This document shows, in pieces, positions 57,066-64,000 of a stretch of DNA of 64,000 nucleotides. The stretch covers positions 7,936,001 through 8,000,000 of the forward strand of contig CM022666.1 in NCBI GenBank assembly GCA_012295275.1. Direction: 5' to 3'. Made by a program: the position numbers and the translations under genes. Numbering within the stretch: the stretch's first letter is position 1; the number at the start of each line of letters is the position of its first letter. The stretch is from Chrysomallon squamiferum (taxonomy: Eukaryota; Animalia; Mollusca). The notes beneath the pieces were generated by a model. It did no database searches. It was not told the DNA's origin and saw nothing but the letters and a program-made list of their open reading frames with translations.

Positions 57066-60000
57066 TTTTCTTATTTATTTTATTTTATTTTATTTTATTT
57101 TATTTATTTACTTATTATTTTATATTATTTATTTATTATATTTATTTATTGATTGATTGATTTTCTCTTTATTTGAGGTTTTTTTCTTTGACCTGCTGTT
57201 TAGCTGTGGATGTTGTTTGATTTTAACAAACAGGTCATCTCATCCGGATTATTTCAGGTTTGTTTAATCATCCAGTTTAAACACACTGGTTTCATCCAGA
57301 GACACTTAAACACACTGGTACAATCATCCAGAGACACTTAAACACACTGGTACAATCATCCAGAGACACTTAAACACACTGGTACAATCATCCAGAGACA
57401 CTTAAACACACTGGCACAATCATCCAGAGACACTTACCCACACTGGTACAATCATACAGAAACACTTACCCATGTCAAGTAAACACACTGGTACAATCAT
57501 CCAGAGACACTTAAACACACTAGTACTATCATCCAGAGACACTTAAACCCACTGGTACAATCATCCAGAGACACTTAAACCCACTGGTACAATCATCCAG
57601 AGACACTCAAACACACTGGTACTATCATACAGAGACACTTAAACACACTGGTACAATCATACAGAGACACTTACCCATGTCAAGTATCACACTGGTACAA
57701 TCATCCAGAGACACTTAAACACACTGGTACTATCATCCAGAGACACTTAAACACACTGGTACAATCATCCAGAGACACTTAAATACACTGGTACAATCAT
57801 CCAGAGACACTTAAACACACTGGTACAATCATCCAGAGAAACTCAAACACACTGGTACTATCATACAGAGACACTTAAACACACTGGTACAATCATACAG
57901 AGACACTTACCCATGTCAAGTAACACTGGTACAATCATCCAGAGACACTTACCCATGTCAAGTAAACACACTGGTACAGTCATCCTGAGACACCTACCCA
58001 TGTCAAGTAAACATACTGGTACAGTCATCCTGAGACACCTACCCATGTCAAGTAAACACTGGTACAATCATCCTGAGACACCTACCCATGTCAAGTAAAC
58101 ACACTGGTACAGTCATCCTGAGACACCTACCCATGTCAAGTAAACACACTGGTACAATCATCCAGAGACACTTACCCATGTCAAGTAAACACACTGGTAC
58201 AGTCATCCTGAGACACCTACCCATGTCAAGTAAACACACTGATACAATCATCCAGAGACACTTACCCATGTCAAGTAAACACACTGGTACAGTCATCCTG
58301 AGACACCTACCCATGTCAAGTAAACACACTGGTACAATCATTCTGAGACACTTACCCATGTCAAGTAAACACACTGGTACAATCATCCAGAGACACTTAC
58401 CCATGTCAAGTAAACACACTGGTACAGTCATCCTTAGACACTTAAACACACTGGTACAATCATCCAGAGACACTTATCATATCAGGTAAACACACTGGTA
58501 CAATCATCCAGAGACACTTACCCATGTCAAGTAAACACACTGGTACAGTCATCCTGAGACACTTATCCATGTCAAGTAAACACACTGGTACAGTCATCCT
58601 GAGACACTTACCCATGTCAAGTAAACACACTGGTACAGTCATCCTGAGACACTTACCCATGTCAAGTAAACACACTGGTACAGTCATCCTGAGACACCTA
58701 CCCATGTCAAGTAAACACACTTGTATAATCATCCAGAGACACTTACCCATGTCAAGTAAACACACTGGTACAGTCATCCTGAGACACCTACCCATGTCAA
58801 GTAAACACACTGGTACAGTCATCCTGAGACACTTACCCATGTCAAGTAAACACACTGGTACAGTCATCCTGAGACACCTACCCATGTCAAGTAAACACAC
58901 TGGTACAATCATCCAGAGACACTTACCCATGTCAAGTAAACACAATGGTACAGTCATCCTGAGACACTTAAACACACTGGTACAATCATCCAGAGACACT
59001 TATCACATCAGGTAAACACACTGGTACAATCATCCAGAGACACCCACATCAGGTAAGCATACTGGTACAATCATTCAGAGACACTTACCGATCTCAGGTA
59101 AACACTGGTACTATCATCCAGAGACACTTACTACATCAGGTAAACACTGTTACAATCATCCAGAGACACTTACCCACATCAGGTAAACACACTGGTACAA
59201 TCATTCAGAGACACTTGCCGACGTCAGGTAAACACTGGTACTATCATCCAGAGACACTTGCCACATCAGGTAAACACTGGTACAATCATCCAGAGACACT
59301 TACCCACATCAGGTAAACACACTGGTACAATCATCCTGAGACACCTACCCATGTCAAGTAAACACACTGGTACAGTCATCCTGAGACACTTACCCATGTC
59401 AAGTAAACAGACTGGCATGATTAGTGTGTATCATCCAGAGACATGTATCCACATTGTTTGAATGATTGTACAGCCTCATGCTGGTATGTTTAGTTAATAT
59501 CTAGAAACAGAGAGGTAAACAAATGAATGAAAGGTGAGAGAAAAATGAGAGAGATATATATTGAGAGAATGAAAGACGGATACACAGATTGATAGACTTC
59601 AGTAGATAGGTAGATAGATAAATACAAACTGACAAACAGCTCTGCCAAAGAAAGATATTGCTTAAAATGGCAGCAGCAGATTTTAACTTTGTTATCAACA
59701 ACTGTATTTTACAGCAGTCAATATCATAACAAACAAATATTCACAGGTTCATAATCTGCACAAACATGTAACTTGATAATCAGATTGGTTCATATAATTT
59801 ATAATAATGAAAACCAGATTTTGTTTTACCTCAGCCATCTTTCCTAAAGGCATTTTTAAGTAAAATGTGTCAGATTTTTCTTCATTTGTTTCTTACTGTT
59901 TCAGTACAACGCCAAGCTGGAAAAGGGCGACTACACTCTGCTGCTGCAGGTTAGACATGAGAAGAGGGACATGCTGGAGAAGCTGAAAGATCTCGTCTTG

Positions 60001-61257
60001 TTGCTGCACCACAAACTTCAGACGTCCATTTCTCCCGACCTCTACAGTTCCTGGGCAAACGCCATATCTGGGGGAAAGAAGATGTCCTCCGTAACTCTCC
60101 AGAAAGGAGTTATCTGCCCTGTGTACGTCGCTCCTATTCCAGACGACAAGTAAGTAATTTTTAAATTTTTTTTATTTAGTTTTTAACACCTTGGACTCCA
60201 GGTGTTTTTATATTAACTGACAGAAAAGCAGGAAATTGTAAACTTGACACTATAAAGATTTTTGGCCCAACTGTAATGCTGATTTTTGGCTGTGTGATTG
60301 GGGTATAAAATAATATGATGGTGTATATCTGCTTCTTGTCTGTACCACAAAATTGGGATATAGAATCAAAAGAGTTGAAACAGAATAAAAAATATACTTC
60401 ATGTAAATTTAACTGATAGACTTAACCATATGTACATGTAAATAAAGATTATTTGTGTTTGATTTTAATGGAGGTATAAAAATAAACAAATTTGTAAATT
60501 CTTATATAATTACAGTTTTTGGTTTTATCTGTTTCTCATAATCACTCTTTTCTAACAATAAAGTATAATAAAATAATAACAAAGTCATGAGGGATGCTGA
60601 CATTTTTTCCTTTCTTTTTTAATATTTTTTTATTTATTTCTTTTTTTTTATTATTTTTTATTTATTTATTTATTTGTTTATTTATTTTATTAATTAATTT
60701 TATTTTATTTTATTTTATTTATGTATATACACTAATATATACACATTTTCTTCTTTTCTTTTGCATTATTTTGTAAACAGAAATATTAAAACATAAAAGG
60801 AAAACAAAAAACTCACACAGAATTCAGACTGAGTAAATTATTTTAAAGTAATTTTATTCATGTTTATTAGTTTATTGATTCGTTTATTTGTTTACTATCA
60901 CAGACTGCCAAAGGGTTGCCAGGCTGGAAACTATCTGCTTGGAACTTTTGCTCTGGCAAAAGATGAACCTATGAGAAAAGCAGTAAGTTAATTTATCAGG
61001 TTTATTTTGATTAAAAGAAAAACAGTAATGAAAATAAATATATTTCCTAGACCAAGAATCAGTTTCTGACCATGCCAGATATTTTTTGTTTGTTTTGCAT
61101 GACTTGATAAGAATAAAGAATAAAGAGTGTTAAAAATGGAATGTTATTTAGCCATTTAAAATAAAAATTAAACACATGTTGGTAATTTGGCTGTTAAAAT
61201 TTTTAAATTATTATTATTACTACTACTACTACTACTATTATTATTATTATTATTATG

Positions 61258-61292
<35 letters not shown>

Positions 61293-62637
61293 TGTTTTGC
61301 TGGGGTTTTTTAGGTTTTTTTATTTCATTTTACCATTTATTTTATTTATTTTATTATTTATTATTACTTATTGTTTAATTATTAAAAAAACTTTTATTAT
61401 TATTTACTTTTGTTTTATATAGCTTTTGTTTTCCTTAGGAACAGATTTTACTTAATTATATTTAATTTAATTTTTTGTTTTTGTGTTTTTCTTAGAGTTC
61501 TGTCCCCTTCAAGTATGTGATAACAGAACTGCCAAAAAAATCAAATACAAAAGCTAATGGAAAAGAGAAAGAGAAGGAAAAAGAAAAAGAGAAAACGAAA
61601 GAAGATGAATATGCAGAGGCAGTTCGCGATCTCAAAATCTCCTGGTTATCAAAGTGAGTATTTTCACTTGAACTGTGGGTTGAGAGTTCAAATCTCATGG
61701 ATGGAAGAATAAGTAAACTTTAAAATTACATTTCTTTCATGTCATGCAATCAGATATAAAACAAAATGGACACATATTAAGAAATATGTGTAATTTTGAA
61801 ATTCATTTTATTAAACTCTTTTTTAAATATTTCTTTGGTGATGCAAATGGAAAACAAAAATACTTCTAGACTTGTAAATCATTGAAAAGAGGCCCCAGAC
61901 TTCAGGAAACATTTTTTTCCCTTTATCATTATAAATTCACTGTTTGTTCCTGCATATGTACAGAGAACATTTTTTGACTTTGTGGCTAAGGCAGAGGACT
62001 GAGGTATAAATTCTCCTCAGCAATCCATTGAGCCATTTCCCATTGCAACCTTTGCTCCAAGACTTGTATATCCTTTCCTGTTTGTCAGAAAGTTCATACA
62101 AAAAAACTTCTTGTTTTTTAAAGTGAGCGCTTGCAGTGGGTTTCTTTTTCAAACACATTTACACAACAAGACTGGAGATTAATAAATATGACAAGTGTGT
62201 TGCTAAAATATTTACATTTTTGCTTTTCTCAGACTGGAACATAATCATCCCCTGTATGAGGAATTAAGACAGGATTATCCAGATCATCTGCCAGTTCACA
62301 TGGCCAGGCTACAGTCACTTGATACCGAGAAGGTAAGAAATAAATAAATAAATAAATAATGTAAATAAATAAAATAAATAAATAGATAACTGACTAAGCA
62401 AATAAAGAAGTTAGTAAGTAAAATAAATAAATAAATAATAGTTGATAAGGTTATATTTTTAATTGTTCCCATGAACTTTTTCTGATATAGGTAAAGATTC
62501 ATTAATTCACACATATATGCACACATGCAGACAGTCAGACAAACACATGTAAATAAATAATACAGTATAATTTGTTAAAATACTTAAAATTTGCTAAAAT
62601 CTGACGTGTATGTCTGTATATTTTCATGTCTGTGTGA

Positions 62638-62687
<50 letters not shown>

Positions 62688-63660
62688 CTTAAGAGTTATT
62701 ATACATATAATGATGTTTGTTATTTAATTTGCTTGCTTCTCCAGTTAAATCATTAATTATATTAACAGCAATAATTATACTATTAATATATAATACTGAG
62801 TATTGTAAAAGTTGTTAAAATTATTTTCAGAAATTATTTCGTCACTACAAAACACATTTTTTTAAATTTTATTTTTTTATTTTTTTACCAGCATCATGAT
62901 AAAAACTTGTCAGACATCATCTCTCTGGCTCGCTACATTATCTCCAAGATTGACCAGGCCAGTCTACTTTCCTACTATGGCATGAAGACTGACCAGAGGT
63001 CAGATGCCTCAACAGTTAAAAGGTGATTTTAATCTGGCATGTTGAGATGCTTGCCAGCAGCTGTGAAATGGTTAATAACAAGAAATTTAGACTTTGTCAT
63101 GTGGCTTACTTCATTGACTGGATATAAACATTATTTTTTATTATTATTTTTTTTTTATTACCCACCCTGTTATTATGTTTGTGCTGATTTTATATTCTGT
63201 TCTTGAGTGAATAATCAAGAGAGAGAGAGAGAGAAACAGTTCAAAGATTCTTTTTAATTTTTAGTTGAATAAACAGAAAATGTCACTACTGGTTTTGGTA
63301 AAAAGTGTTTTCCATTTTCAGATAATTATACGTGTGTGTGTGTAATTTATTAAGATATATGTATATATGTGTATTTGTTTTTATTATTATTATTATTTCT
63401 ATTATTATTTATTTTGTTGTTGTTATTATTTTCTGTGCAGTGAGATGGACAAACAGAAGGCGATGCTGTTGGAGGCGTATGTGAAGTTAGGCTGTGCACA
63501 GGTGGATGCCCTGGCTCACCCTCCTGAGGTTACCGAGGTTTCCACGGAGGATTCTCTGGAAGACCCGTCTCTTGTCTCTCTCTCGCCAGAAATAACTCTG
63601 AAAGACGTTGACGAGACGTTTGTTGAGATTCAGAAGTGGGCAGATCTCAACGATGTGAAG
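41078..63660 (+). CDS. TPP2: Tripeptidyl-peptidase II (subtilisin S8 family), 3' end beyond the window
   Basis: [14 protein letters not shown]; catalytic [24 protein letters not shown]; oxyanion SAGNNGP. Exons: 41078-41239, 42599-42727, 43708-43908, 44819-44943, 45522-45619, 45983-46048, 47349-47503, 48033-48109, 48621-48748, 49488-49587, 50033-50166, 50662-50792, 51115-51292, 52233-52390, 52875-52951, 53729-53835, 54146-54300, 54514-54630, 55148-55248, 55910-56009, 57204-57257 (uncertain), 59905-60149, 60904-60982, 61496-61653, 62233-62332, 62892-63022, 63441-63660. Confidence 0.97.
46250..47300. repeat. Decayed tandem repeats in TPP2 intron 6 (about 160-bp duplication, about 22-bp units, about 120-bp units)
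   Basis: TATATAACACTACAA..GGACCAGTAAT at about 46256 and 46418; repeated AAAGTTATGTTA; repeated TGATACTTCATGGTA...TTGGGATCTGAC. Confidence 0.7.
56280..56600. repeat. Decayed tandem repeat of about 65 bp (AACTGATGATAGAAAAT..ATCAATGT..TCTAGTGA)
   Basis: Four to five degenerate units visible. Confidence 0.7.
57276..59445. repeat. Intronic minisatellite of 32-bp and 45-bp related units (AAACACACTGGTACAATCATCCAGAGACACTT +/- ACCCATGTCAAGT)
   Basis: Direct reading; the 45-bp unit explains the 15-aa periodic ORFs on both strands. Confidence 0.97.
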
Positions 63661-63965
63661 GTAAATTTGTGTTTTCAGTCTGTAACATCAAAAAAATGGA
63701 TCATCAGAGGTGGGTGGTATTTGTAAGATTCAAAAACTGGTTGATGGATGATGATTTTGTTACTTTCAGAAATGGATTGATTATTTTTGAAAATGATCTG
63801 AATGATTTGAAGGTAAATTAGTTTTATTTTGTGTTCATGGAAGATTAAAACTTGTATAAAAGAAAAAACATTTATGTGATTGAAAACTGGTGGGTCCAGC
63901 AGATATTTTTTTTTATAAGATAGGTCCTTTTAACAGGTAAATTATTTTTGTTTTAAATTATTGGT

Positions 63966-64000
<35 letters not shown>

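Noticed and set aside
57861-59461. ORFs with 15-aa repeats ([15 protein letters not shown] / [15 protein letters not shown])
   Set aside because: Consequence of a 45-bp stop-free minisatellite unit; broken by 32-bp units and located inside a TPP2 intron.

Overview
AT-rich, microsatellite-dense animal genomic DNA with spliced genes; an invertebrate, possibly a gastropod mollusc (taxon is a low-confidence guess). From left to right: (1) a tandem array of four near-identical two-exon secreted serpin genes (about 4.9-20.2 kb) whose reactive-centre loops are hypervariable and recombinant; copy 3 has a 1-nt frameshift and copy 4 has a 1.9-kb decayed FLYWCH-MULE transposon inserted 16 bp after its stop codon; (2) a 4-exon SLC16/MCT-type MFS transporter; (3) a Tigger-like MITE; (4) a minus-strand gene with three MYND zinc fingers and an uncharacterised C-terminal domain; (5) a minus-strand C6orf163-like coiled-coil gene, head-to-head with (6) tripeptidyl-peptidase II (TPP2, at least 27 exons, running off the window end), which holds a 2.1-kb intronic minisatellite and seems to lack one conserved coding segment. 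The best candidate for an undescribed system is the bait-diversifying serpin array. Most short ORFs in the supplied track are microsatellite or antisense artefacts. All alignments and counts were done by eye.
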